Of a stretch of 64,000 nucleotides of DNA, positions 13,965 to 26,205 are shown piece after piece. This DNA comes from Bigelowiella natans CCMP2755 (taxonomy: Eukaryota; Protista; Cercozoa). The position numbers and the translations under genes are program-made. How positions within the stretch are numbered: position 1 is the stretch's first letter; each line of letters opens with the position of its first letter. The stretch is taken from contig ADNK01002607.1 in the NCBI GenBank assembly GCA_000320545.1, positions 124,001 through 188,000 on the forward strand, in the 5' to 3' direction. The notes under the pieces were generated by a model, which ran no database searches, was not told the DNA's origin, and was given only the letters and a program-made list of their open reading frames with translations.

Positions 13965-14837
13965 ATCGTGCAGGAATCCCGTTCACAACAGGCATTTTGC
14001 TAGGTATATTAATGCATGATGCATCATTGGTCATCCTACCCAGCGTCTTCTCTCCCTCATAGCCCTTCCTTTCTTCCATTGGGAGGGATTAGATTATGTA
14101 TGTGTACGTGGCAATGATCTCCGCACCGTTGTGGTGTTTTAATTGTGTTCGTATTGATGATATTTCTTCTTGTCGTTCTTCCTCTTGTTATTGCCGTTTT
14201 TGCTGCTCTTGTTGTTGTTGTTGTGGAGGTATTGGAGAGAATGAGGATGACCGTGTCAGAACAATTGAAGCTATTTCTGATATTGCCACCACATATGGAC
14301 ACATCCAGGTTGCCAGGGATTATTTATCAAATCTATCTAAAATTAGACGCGACACGCACACACGCACACACATTCCCTATGCAGCTAAATGACACAATAA
14401 CCTGTCTTCTTCCATGCCTCTAGGAAGTAATAGTACAGCCATACTCGCCCGGAGAGAAGGATAGATGGGCTGCTCGAGCTCCAGACGGAACAAGTGGAGG
14501 GGGTTACTACGACATCAATCTGCTTCCTCAATTTGTTCAAATGACCAGAGAGGTTTGCCGATATTGAGAGAGAGAGATAGAATTTTCATAATAATATCTA
14601 TTTATTCCTTAACATGTTGTTGTTGTTGTTGTTGTTGTTGTGTTCCCACCGTTCGTCACTCAGATGCTCCCTGATGACGTCGTCGTTCAGATACCACCTA
14701 ATCTCCTAAATGTCGCAGGTAGTAGCAGCAGCAGCAGCCACTATGTATTGCATCGAAAAAATGGTGTATGGATTGCATTTGTTCACATGCACAAAACACA
14801 CTCACAAACATAAATGTACATATACATATTTTAATAC

Positions 14838-14885
<48 letters not shown>

Positions 14886-15329
14886 TTATTTGGCAGATGG
14901 TAAGGACATTTTGATCAAATGTCTAAACGCGGGAGCAAGGGATTTGGGTGGGATCTCGCCTAAAGACGAGGTCAAGAACTCATTCCATTTAAACGAGTAG
15001 TATGTCATCATGTCCGCATCTATGAAGATGTTTACTATGTATATAGAGCACGTTCACTCTATATGATCATATATGTGAAATAAAGTGGATGATCTGCTGC
15101 CTGGTTGTAGGTAAATCCTAACTACTCCTTTCCAAAAACATCGGAACTATCACAAATGCTTGCGGATCATGGTTTCACGCTCCAACGTCGCTCCTGTGTG
15201 CACGAACCGCGTCTTCATTTGTTGAATGCTACAGAGGGAGAAGATAGCTCAGATAATGATGACGGGGTTCTCCTTCGTGATCTCCACAGCCGTTTGCTTT
15301 CACAGCAGCAGCCTGCTGTCAATTCTTAA
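5652..15329 (+). CDS. cofH-cofG: FO synthase (7,8-didemethyl-8-hydroxy-5-deazariboflavin synthase): radical-SAM CofH moiety (~5652-11030) followed by CofG moiety (11564-15329), probably one fused multi-exon gene
   Basis: Spliced exons give CofH motifs NRNINFTNSCVKRCG|FCAFSR, GATE|ICVQAG, VHLHAFSPEE, IPGTSAEILDD, YGHIET, TGGFTEFVPLSF, NDLGG|TLMNESISTAAG, YQRSTVY, FGSYHQLI. CofG motifs follow: VTYSSSHTIVPTYECFNK|CLYCNFR, EILILSGEVHP, FFPHTNVGPLS, VNASMGLMLEQ, LRLEQLRMAGELG|IPFTTGILLG|IGE, YGHIQ|EVIVQP, VQIPPNL, AGARDLGGISPKDE|VNP. Stop TAA at 15327-15329. Confidence 0.88.
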
Positions 15330-16348
15330 TTTCGTACAACAAGGTTATGCAATGAAATTTTACACATCCAAAAAAACGCAGTTGTTCATTCATATTCCTG
15401 TCATTACAGTACGTGTGGCACATAGCATAAGTATGTGGCTACGTACATCCTGACATATATTACAGGTTTACAGTAACTGCAACAGGAGCATGCATGCTAG
15501 CTAGCATAGACATGGACTTGCTGATTGTGTGTCAATTACTGTTAAGGCATATGTAGCAATGCATGGCTATTGCCAGCGCATGGTATGAGCTACCCCTTCT
15601 AGCCTTATTGGATTCTTAAGATACTATGAGCGATAGCTCTGTCTTAGTGATGTTTGTACGCTGTAGGCTAATAGGGCACAACACAGCTAGACAGGCTTCT
15701 CATGCTCATAATGCGTTCGTGTCACGTTGCTCACATGTTTATGCATAGCATAGCCGCCGCTTTGCATAGCTACATTAGGATGACTATTGAAAAAATGTAT
15801 TTCTTACTATGTCACTCATGTTTAGATGTGTCATTATGCGCAATCAAAATTATATTTACCGTTCTTGGGAATGACGTCGTGGTGGGTCTGTGAGGTAGCC
15901 CTGTTACTCACATTAAATTTGTACATGTATACTACGCTCACATTGCACGTGTTTTTTGTATCTCGTCTCTTTCAGTACGAGGTCTTACGGCTGCAGTTAG
16001 GTCAATTTCGCACTAATTTCATCATGGATGGAGCCTCAAGTTTTAGGTGACCAATACCGCACATTGAGCTACGATGCGCAGAAGCCATCGTTATCTCATA
16101 AGTTCCAGCAGGCTCCAAACTCACACCTTTGAAGTTTCTGGCATTGGAAAAGCTACTAGAAGATACCAACTTTTATTTTTATTTTAAAGGTGTGGGCTGC
16201 TGCAAGAGACCTTTGGCCGTTTCAGAAGAATAAACTAAAGCTTTATTTCATCAATTAGCTCAAAATTCTAGCTATAGGATTACACCGTATTAAAAATCTT
16301 TCTGTGGATTGGGAGTAATTGATGGTGCCCTAGGTTCGCGCACAATGA

Positions 16349-17082
16349 TCATCTAACAGCTGTTCCGGCAAACAAAACAGCCACAGAGTATGCTATGTAT
16401 ATTTTTGTTGGAATTGTTATCGGCCATAGAACTTTTCTCAGCACAAAAGATTCGACTCCTGCGGTACCAAACCTAATTCCGTCCAATTTTGTACGATACT
16501 GGAATCTCTGCACGAATGGCCGAGATCGGAACCTCTCAGAGAAGGCCTGCATCATCACCACGGAGGTCAACAGAGTCCACAATTGAGAGATATGGCTAAT
16601 AAATCATTTCTATAGGTTGATTTACCCTTCCCTGTCTCCACCATCGCCGCGTCATTGCACTACTGCCAAAGGACGGCAGAGTGTTGGAAATCTGAACACC
16701 TGGCTGTACCTTGTAGCATAGTCCCCACGAAGCATACTAGAGATAGGCCATCGGTCAAAGAAAATTTTAATCTTCTTAAATAAACATACCAGCCACGCAA
16801 ATCCAAGAAATTCGTGTGTTAGAGTTCCCGCAAAGATTCCAGCTGGTGTGAGAATCGACGAATCCAAACCTTGCCGCTGTTTATTTTTGGTGATGTCACA
16901 ATGAACTGAATACTTTGACATAGATAAGTGGAAACCTCTAAAGCTCTCGCAATGTAGGGTTTATTTTGGTCCCCATCCAGACGTGCCCGAACACCCGAAT
17001 GGGTGCTGTCAACAGCCATCCTCCTCCGACTCCTCCCGACAGATGAGCAGGGAACGGCCGTGTGAAGGACTGAATTCAACAT
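16349..17082 (-). CDS. Small spliced hypothetical membrane protein (DUF1279/FAM210-like C-terminus, tentative)
   Basis: ATG at 17082. Exon pieces read ...GTLTHEFLGFAWL, YASWGLCYKVQP, GVESFVLRKVLWPITIPTKIYIAYSVAVLF. Confidence 0.5.
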
Positions 17083-18038
17083 TCGTCACTTCCTCATTCA
17101 AAAATAATGAATCTCGATTTTTCTCCTATTATAATGCACAATATTATCCAAATCAAGGCCATTTTGATACAACATCTTCCACAAAAATCGAGTTTTCATA
17201 AAACAAAGAGGGGAAACTTCAAATCACCAAAAATATGTGGAGCATCTTTAGCATAATCACCTTAAGAATTTTACTTAATTCTCTTGGACAATTCTGGCCA
17301 ATATTTTTTATTCTGCGCGAAAAATGATACAACATAACTATTACGACAAGCTAGTTCCGAAGACGTCTTCAATTGTTACAGAAACGCAGTTTTAACATAT
17401 CGGCCCTTTGTGGGGTTGTTACGTGTCTCCAACCTGCAATCCCAGATATTTACGGGAATTCTGGAGTAGTGACATTTTTTTTTAGATGCATTCGTCTGAA
17501 ACGATGCATGTAAAGGTGAAATTAATTTGTCGGAACGGTCCGTTCTATATCCTGTCCAAAAGAGGCAGTTGTCTCTTTTGTGTGAGCACAATTTTGTAAA
17601 GACAGTGAGAATCCTCATTCTAACAAGTTAATGGAGCTGCTTACGGCGTGTTTCTATCTAAAAACGGTTATCCGGGATTGAATAAAGTCTGTTTCTTTAC
17701 CAATCCACCGAAACTCTACGCATCCACTATCTACGTCGACGCAAACACCGCACGCAAAGAACCCAAAGGAGCAATTTCCAATGCAAAATCCGAATAAAAG
17801 TTGACTCATCTTGCAAACGCCATGAATTTGCAAATGTGGCTCTTTCAATGTTTCAACGTAGTTTGGGACAAATTAACCTTGCTCGTTGAAAATGTTGCAT
17901 TCATTTGATACCTACGGCAATCATGAATTCATGTCGTAGAACAAAAATGTTCGCAATCATGGTTGGCCACTGTCAGCATACAGCCAACAGTCCAAAGCAA
18001 CACTGCTCCTTCCCATACCCCCCACAGACTTCAAAAGG

Positions 18039-19643
18039 ATGTACGCTCAGCACAAGAAGACTAACTACGCCCTTGTCGGCTCCATTGCCGTGAACATGGC
18101 CCTCGTTGGCGCAATTTGCTTCTCCCTCTCTGGCGCAAGTAAGGAAGGGAAATCAGTGGGAAGGCGTAACACATAGGGGGTATTTCGTTTATGCAAAGGG
18201 GATATTTCGCTTCGAAATCTGATTGAACTTAAATCGAACACTAATCGATTTCTGTTTCATTCTTCTCAGGCAATGTTGCTGCTCCAGCTATGCGCACCGC
18301 TCCTCGCGTTGCATCCATGTCTCGCACTATGCCTATGAGCATGGCAGGACAACGTGTTAGCGTTCGCCCAAAGATGATCCAGCGCCGTGAAATGAAGGCT
18401 GAGGCTCTTTCCTACACCGTTGATGACATCCGTGGCATGCTCGGGGATGATGTTGCAAACCAAATCCTTGCTAAGAACACCCCTACTGTAAGCGTTAAAA
18501 CTTAACTGAAATTGAATTACAAAATCGGCAATATTTTCAAATCAACCTGAACATTTTGACTTTTTGTAGGGACCTGAGCGTAACGTCGTACTTTACGGAT
18601 TCGGACGTATTGGCCGTTTGTTAGCTCGTATCATCACCACCATCCCTACCAACCTTAAGCTTAAGGGAATTGTTGTCCGTCAGCCTAAGAAGCCTGATCT
18701 TGAGAAGCGCCTTGAGCTTATCAAGAGAGATTCCGTGCACGGACCCTTCAGGGGAACCATCTCTATGGACGAGGCTGACAACGCTCTCATCATGAACGGA
18801 CAAAAGGTTCGCCTTATCTACGCTAACCAGCCTGAAGAGGTTGACTACACCAAGTACGGAATCAACGACGCTATTGTTATTGACAACACCGGTGTCTGGC
18901 GTGATGACGAGGGACTTGCTAAGCACCTTTCATCCAAGGGAGCTGCTCAGGTTATCCTCACCGCTCCTGGTAAGGGTGTCAAGAACATTGTTGCTGGTGT
19001 GAACTCCGACGTTATCGAGGGATCCGACAAGATTCTCTCTGCTGCTTCATGCACCACTAACGCTGTCGTTCCTGCTCTTTCCGTTCTCCACAAGAAGTTC
19101 GGAATTGTTTCCGGCCACATCGAGACCGTCCACTCTTTCACCAATGACCAGAACTTGATCGATAACTACCACAAGGCTGACCGTCGCGGACGTGCTGGAC
19201 CTCTTAACATGGTTATCTCCGAAACTGGTGCTGGTAAGGCTGTCGCTGTTGCTCTTCCAGAGCTTGCTGGAAAGCTTACTGCTTCCGCTATCCGTGTTCC
19301 TACCCCTGATGTTTCCATCGCTGTTATGATCCTTGACCTTGAAAAATCCACTACTGCTGAGGAGATTAACGCTGCTTTCAAATCTGAAGCTACTGGAACT
19401 CTTGATGACAACCTTGGATACTCCGACTCTAAAGAAGCTGTTTCCCTTGACTTCATCGGATCCACCCATGCTGGAGAAGTTGATGCTCTTGCCACCAAGT
19501 GCACTGGTAACTCCTGCATTGTTTACGTGTGGTATGACAACGAGAACGGATACTCCAACCAAGTTGTCCGCGTTGTTGAGCAGTGGGCTGCAAAGCAGGA
19601 AGCTGCTGGTTTGAAGTTCGAAGCTGCTGAGGCAATGGCTTAA
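18039..19643 (+). CDS. GAPDH: Plastid-targeted glyceraldehyde-3-phosphate dehydrogenase, bacterial long-form type, with bipartite signal+transit peptide
   Basis: Exons 18039-18138, 18270-18487 and 18570-19643 join in frame. Motifs RNVVLYGFGRIGRLLAR, ASCTTNA, NDQNLIDNYHKADRRGR, WYDNENGYS. Leader MYAQHKKTNYALVGSIAVNMALVGAICFSLSGAS, then an R/S/M-rich transit region. Strong codon bias. Confidence 0.95.
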
Positions 19644-19699
19644 ATAGCTTAAATAGCTAATTTGTGACAATCTTCACAATATTTAATATTGTGATACAT

Positions 19700-20250
19700 T
19701 TACAAATTATAGCACCTGCGCATTAATGCGCAGAGCTGTCTATGTGGATGTACAATTTGTTAGCACGAAAACTAATGAACCCATACTGCAGATTTTCGCA
19801 CACATGCATGATGATGCATGGTGTATGTTATTCAACCCGTCGATCACCCTTTCATGAAATTCATCAAAAAACACCATAGCCCAATAATTGCAGTCATTTG
19901 CGCAACCACGCTAGCTACTAGCTAGCATAGCTAGATCGATATATCGGATGGCTCGATTCCACGAGATCGATCCATGATGTCTGTGACGCACGCTGCAGCG
20001 CAGCACTAGCTAGAGCATGGTGATGCGTCAATGCCAGCTACCCAGTCTAGCTAGCTAACAGCACGCACCACGATGGTGCACGCATGTGCGTGCATGCGCC
20101 ATGCATGCTAGCTAGCATGCAGTCTAGCAGTGTCCATGTGGAGTGCCTCGTCAGGCAGTGCGACAAGCTTTCCAATGAGCTGCGACAAATGAATGAAGCA
20201 ATTTCACAACAGTTCCATTCCGGGAAGACGAGTCTGAGTTGGAGATCTTG
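19700..20250. other. TpA-depleted CTAG/CATG-rich intergenic tract downstream of GAPDH
   Basis: Runs such as ctagctagctaa and atgcatgctagctagcatgc. Confidence 0.65.
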
Positions 20251-20459
20251 ATGCCTCGCCTTCACATGATCTCAATTCAAGCGAGGCGACGAGCAAATGC
20301 ATGGTTTTCCTGTTTTTTTCCGGCGGCGGCGTCGAGACAGATATCCCAACCGACAACACCCAAAGCTAGTCGCAGAACCGGAAGAAGACAAGGAGAAAAG
20401 AATGTTGTTGCAGTTGTCAAAAAAATACATTCATTTTATACTGAAAATATCGTAATAAA

Positions 20460-21543
20460 ATGATTCTGTTTGTTCGTAGACAATCTACCTCACCAGACGA
20501 CAACAACCGAGATCTATCTAGTCCACCATCTTCAAAAAATCTCCACTTCCTCCTGGTGAAACCTGTAGAGGCCGCCGAACTTGCTCGACATGAGCGATGG
20601 CAACGATGACGGGAAGCTAACGGTACGGCATGATCCAAGTTAATCTCTTTTGACACTATTCTCGAATTGAGTCATCTGAGATAGATAGATCTCATTTGAC
20701 CAATTATCCGATTGATGATGCTGCAAATTAGATTCTGGAGGGTTGGCTTCTTAAAAGGTGGTGGTGACTCATTATGAACTAATTTCTCTTCATTTCAAAT
20801 TAATTTACTATGGATCATAAGCACCCGGCCTTCTGACGAACCACCTCACAACATCCCTCAATTTTTAGGGGGAAGATCAACCCTGCCTTCAAACGCCGAT
20901 ACTGCAGAATAAAATCACATGTATGAAGTTATGACTAATACTGATGCGAACTGTAAGCTCTATCCTCAATATGTTTTGTGCAAGAGTGTCATTTATGCCT
21001 AGTAGTAAAAGTAAATGTTCTGCATTCAATTTAGGCTGATGGTGTGAATCACCTACCAGTCAGTGAAGGAATAGATTGAGACGCTTTTTCCACCTCCACT
21101 TCTCATATAACTAGATTCACTAATTCATCAGAATTTAACTAGTATCACCACTACAGATTTTATTCTACTACACTGATGAGACCGCTGTGACAGCAAATGG
21201 GAGGATGTGAGTACTAGCTTAGAGCTATGATCTTGCGTGATTGACACAGCACTTCTCTTGAAATAAAATAAGTATCCTTGCCCTAGCTCATTTGGGTGCA
21301 TCATATTATCATCATACATGTAGCGACCTTCGAGCTTCTGAGCTCAAGGAAGGTAGAGCGCTCTTCACGCCTCTTGATAAAGTGGAAGATGAAATGCACT
21401 CTTTCAATCTTGTGGTAATGATGAAGAGTAGTAGTTGTTATGGATAACAAGTACTTGTAGCCATTTAGCAGACCAGTCGGAGGGTAAATTGAGATTCGTC
21501 AGATAGGCCCTCACTCATCAGCAAGAAACAGTCAAAACATTCG

Positions 21544-21580
<37 letters not shown>

Positions 21581-21900
21581 ATACACGTGTGGTGGTAGAA
21601 ACCCGGCGTGAGTAGGCATAATCAACAATAGTTTCAGTCATAGTAGTAGCAGTAGCAGTGGTAGTAGAGGGGGCCCACTCTAAAGTTGATATCATTCATT
21701 CAATTTGCCGCTCAGACAAGTGAAAACCGGACCTACGTGTTCAAAGCCAATTCAGCGTACGTGCAATTTATGGAACTACTTTTATCAGCCTTGTGATACC
21801 CCGTTTTTATCCATAAAACAGGGATGATCTTAAAAATTGGGTGGATGCAATAAAAAAAACAAAAAAGGTGGTGGCATCTATATATATTTAATTATATACA

Positions 21901-21962
<62 letters not shown>

Positions 21963-23303
21963 CATGCATATACATGCTATATGTTGTTCAGCGTGCTATG
22001 TTTGTGTATGCGTGTGTGGCAGCTTTCTCTTTCTACGTAATGCTACGCAACAAATTGCTTGCACTTTCCACTAAAGTGCTTTGTGTGGTCTACGATGGCA
22101 AACTTAAAAGTCAGTCATCCAATCCGTTGCAAGTGAGAATGTGATATGGTTATGTTGGCTTCTTCTCTTATTAGACGGAAATAATGATAAAGAATTTAGA
22201 AAATAAAATATCTTCACTGAAAGCCCAGGTAGAATTAATCAATAAAGAAGAAAAACTGCTAGCTTGCAGCAAGCACTTTGATTCAATTACTATCTCTCTC
22301 CCCCCTCCTTCTCCTCTCTCTCTCTCACTCTCTCTCTCTCTCTCTCCCTCTCTCTCTTTCTCGATCTATCTAATTTTAAGTATTATCTAGATTCTTCCAC
22401 TAGTGAATTTATTGTTATTATTTTATTATTTTACTTATTCTTATTATTCTTCTTATTATTTTTATCCAGAACTCCAATATGATGAAGCAGTTTCAATTGG
22501 AAATTAAACTACTTATAGAGCAGGTCGTGTTTTCTTATGTCATCATCATCATCATTGAATATCGGCATATGTGGTGACTTCACAATTTCGATCTTGTTGT
22601 CCCTTAAAGCAAGAGAAATCACGACTCACATGGGAGGAGGAGCGAAGAATGCTTGGAGATAAAGTTGGCGCTCTTGAAAGACAGTTGAGTGAGACTAGAA
22701 ATCAAATGGCCGCTAATTTATCCAGACTTCTCGACCATTTGGTAAACAAGATTCCGGGAATAGCAGAGAACAAAGAAGGTTTCAATTATGGATTATCGGC
22801 AAAAAGCGACGGAGTTTACTGGAAGACGATAACCAATCCTACAGTATATTTCACCATTTACAAGCCTCCGATTAAGGATATTGCCTTTCAGGATGAAGAA
22901 GAGTGAGGAATTCGGAAAGAAAGAAAAAGATACAAAGAATTCTTTTTCCAATCTTTTCATGTCATAGCTACATTTCCTGAAATGATTCGTTCGCAAATTT
23001 GAGTGGGGCTGCAATCTGCAACATAAAACAAATAAAATTTGATTCTTTTTCAGATATTTTGATCATCGCGTGAGACAAGGTTTCAGACGCGATTGGACAG
23101 GAATAATCGAAATTGATGACTCTAGCCTCGATCCATCACTGAAGAAAGAGAATGAGGACGGCAAAACAATTGAAGGAGACCCAGAAGAATCCAGCCCCGC
23201 GGAAAGACATATTTCAGCTGAGATGAAGGGAGGTGGTGATTCAAAGCATGAAAGAGATATGCGGATTGGTCCAACGAGTAGTCCTCCTCCAGCACCCGCA
23301 TAG
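20460..23303 (+). CDS. Hypothetical multi-exon coiled-coil protein (start uncertain)
   Basis: Exon-like pieces IKNLENKISSLKAQ, EKSRLTWEEERRMLGDKVGALERQL, VYFTIYKPPIKDIAFQDEE|YFDHRVRQGFRRDW, flanked by GT/AG. Stop at 23303. Confidence 0.45.
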
Positions 23304-23379
23304 AGCTAGGCTGTGAGCAAGCTGTCTTGGGTTATTACCTTCTTCTCATAGCATAAACATTTGATGGAAGTACTGCTGT

Positions 23380-25218
23380 AGTACGTAGTAAGTGCATGTG
23401 GGGGCAGTCGTGGCGCACACGCAACGTTGATGGAGTGCAATGATGATGTTCACTTGCTACTTGGTTGTGTGCCACAGCGCGTAGCTACGATCGAGCGGAT
23501 GTATGCATAGGTTGATCTAGCTGCATGCGTGCACCAATCTAGCAATGTTTTGCAGTTTGTCGTAGCAGCACACATGCACGTGGCAAGCGATCTAGCGATG
23601 CTAGGTTGAGCTATGCAGCGAGTCCAAGTGCCACATGAGCGCAAATCACGTGTGCACTCGCTGGCGCTAGCCTGCAGCGCATGCGTGCACGTGGTGGTCA
23701 TGTGATCAGTTGCGAGTTTGTGTGATCAGTCACGAATCTCTGGAATCTGTGTGGTCAATCGCACATGCTAGCATGCCAGCTAGCCAGCATGCTAGCATGT
23801 GCATCCTGTTGCGACCCCATGATCAGTTTTTCCTGGTTGCGGACGTTTTTTCATCATCTAGTCATCCTGGGCGATTGGTCATTGAATGGTTGTGAATCGA
23901 ACGCTTTTTTGCAACAATTAGCACACTTTTTTCCAATGCAACACGTTGTGAAAACCACGTGTTCAATTGCATCAGCTAGGCAGGATCACTTCTAGGCTTC
24001 CTTGTGTTCAATTGCAGAATCACACATGTGATTGATTGCGAATTTCTGTTTTTGATCACGATTCATCTATTCTCACCGAAAATGATCAGCGACCTGTCAC
24101 AGAAGTTTGCAATGGCAGAATGCTCTGAAGTGAAAAAATTCGCATCGATCCAATTGCACAATTTTGCAATCAATCACAAAGTGTTGTGACCAACCAATCA
24201 CAGCTAGACAGCGCCCAAAAAAATCTGTGACATTCGGGGGGGTTTGATGCCCCGGCGGCGGCGGCAGCGACGCAAAGCATCCATTCTGACTCGGAACCTG
24301 ATGAAGGGCATTGATTGTGTCAATGTGATGGTCAACGATCGGATCACCCGAGCTAGCGAGGGAGCACCCAGTGTGATGCCTGAGTTTCAATGGAGTCACA
24401 TGACCATGAATGAAGGTGTGGCAGGGCAGGCAAAACAGGCCACACTCACATTTGAGAGGAGTCTGTTCCTCGCATCGTCCAAGTCCAGAAGTGAGAACAG
24501 TGATGGATGAGGTGGTTGACACGTGAACTTTGAGCCACTTCGGCTCATGCGCAATGGGACACATCGAGCAGGAGGGAGGCAGGTCATGCACGAATCCTGG
24601 CCCGACGTTCTTCTTCTCAAACAACAAACAACAAACGTGATGACAAAGCTGCACTTCCAAAACGCAACAAGACGTTTGCAATGCAGGAAACGCAGTCTCT
24701 GGTGCAGATTGACTGGCAAAACCAGAAGGATGTGAAGTGGGTGTTGTGGAGCAGTGCAATTAGCGGCAATGCGACGGTGGCGCAAAGCACCTGCTCCACG
24801 CAGGAACTTCCCAAAGGCTGCTGTGTCTGCACGCTGCGGTTCACGGTCGGGTCAACTGAGGGGGCACAACCCAGCAAGACTTTGGTTTCAATGGCTTCAG
24901 AAACATGAAAAAAGGAGGAGCAGACAGACGAACCAGGTCCCAGGGCCACTCTTGCATTCGACGCAAAAGCACATCCACTCTGCGTTGGGAACTTCCTGAG
25001 GGCCACATCCACATGCTCGTCCACGGTCGGGTCATGGATTGGATCTAGCGATGTTTTCAAAAATGACAATTCAAAAAAAGGTTGCGGCACCGGCAATGAT
25101 GCTGCTGGTGCCCGCCACTAACCGACTTCTCGCAACGGAAACAGAGCACAGTGACGGACGGAAGCAGCAAGAGCTGTTGCCGCACTTCGCAGAAACCAGC
25201 ATCTGTGGGGCAATTGCA
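23380..25218. pseudogene. Hypermutated (TpA-erased) relic of unknown coding or mobile sequence
   Basis: Only 7 TA dinucleotides counted by eye in 24001-25440. Long Tyr-free, Cys/His/Met-rich ORFs occur on both strands. Confidence 0.5.
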
Positions 25219-26205
25219 ATGTCTTCTGGCACCTCCAGCAACACCTTCAAAGCAACACGCAGCAACGACCTTCCCTGTCTGAAGCGTTTGGTTCTGGAAA
25301 ACGCAAATGTTGAGGAGTGCGGTTGTCACGGTGGGTAGCAAGCTGCATCGTCAACATTGTCGTGCATGAGTCGCTTCGCATGGGTGTTGATGTGAGCTGT
25401 GACAGAATGAGTCATGAACAACCCCGAAAGCAGATTTTGCCAAAACTTGGAGGATGACATCAATTGTTGTTGACATGCAAAGACATGGTCATTTTGCTAC
25501 AAGGTGACACTCCGTTGATCGCTGGTTCCAAATGGGGTCATTTGGAGATCGCAAAGTACCTGGTTGAAATGAAGGCAAACATTGAGGCGAAAGACGAAGA
25601 TGGTGGGTAGCAATGCTAGAATTGAGACAGCAGTTGTAGAATATGTAACATCATTTGAAACGATTTCAATACAATGTGTTAGGTAATACTCCGTTGGTTA
25701 GGGGTTCAAAAAAAGGCAATTTTGAGATGGTGAAGTACCTGGTTGACATGAAGGCAAACATTGAGGCGAAAGACGAAGATGGTGGGTAGCAATGCTAGCA
25801 TTGTGACAGCAGTTGTAGAATGTGATACATCATTTGAAATGATTTCAATGCAACATGTTAGGTTGGACTCCGTTGATCGCGGGTTGCTTTCAAGGTCACT
25901 TGGAGATGGCAAAGTACCTGGTTGACATGAAGGCAAACATTGAGGCCAAGAACAGAAATGGGGAGACTGCCTATGAATTGGCAAGCGATGATGAACTTGA
26001 AAGCTTCATTAAGCATTGTTGCATTGAGCGACGGATCCAGGTGTTCAACAGAGACTTCAGAGATTTGTACTTCTTGAGCGCGGAATTGAAGCGGGGGTTG
26101 GGGGCAGAAGTCGTCGCCACCAACTCGAAAAAGCGGAAGCGGTCGCGGTCGCCGTCGCCGTCATCGTCGTCGCTTTGCTATTTGGCAGACTTTGAAGATT
26201 TGTGA
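25219..26205 (+). CDS. Ankyrin-repeat protein built from tandem exon-intron units (possibly a hypermutated pseudogene)
   Basis: Exons 25219-25330, 25504-25602, 25683-25781 and 25862-26205, with phase-1 introns all starting GTGGGTAG. Repeats read G(D/N/W)TPL..G...G..E..KYLV.MKANIEAK. Confidence 0.8.
25504..25960 (+). repeat. 179-bp tandem unit (99-bp ankyrin exon + 80-bp intron), ~2.5 copies
   Basis: Exon starts at 25504, 25683 and 25862; the two intron copies align end to end. Confidence 0.9.

Noticed and set aside
18621-19670. Long antisense ORFs (up to 207 aa) over GAPDH
   Set aside because: Shadow ORFs caused by strong codon bias.
21900-21965. Compound (TA)n(TG)n microsatellites (also ~42547-42612, ~49850-49910) as evidence for TpA mutation
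   Set aside because: Such compounds are common in many genomes and are not diagnostic.
25504-25960. CRISPR-like regular repeats
   Set aside because: The units are ankyrin exon+intron duplications, the apparent spacers are homologous to each other, and the context is eukaryotic.
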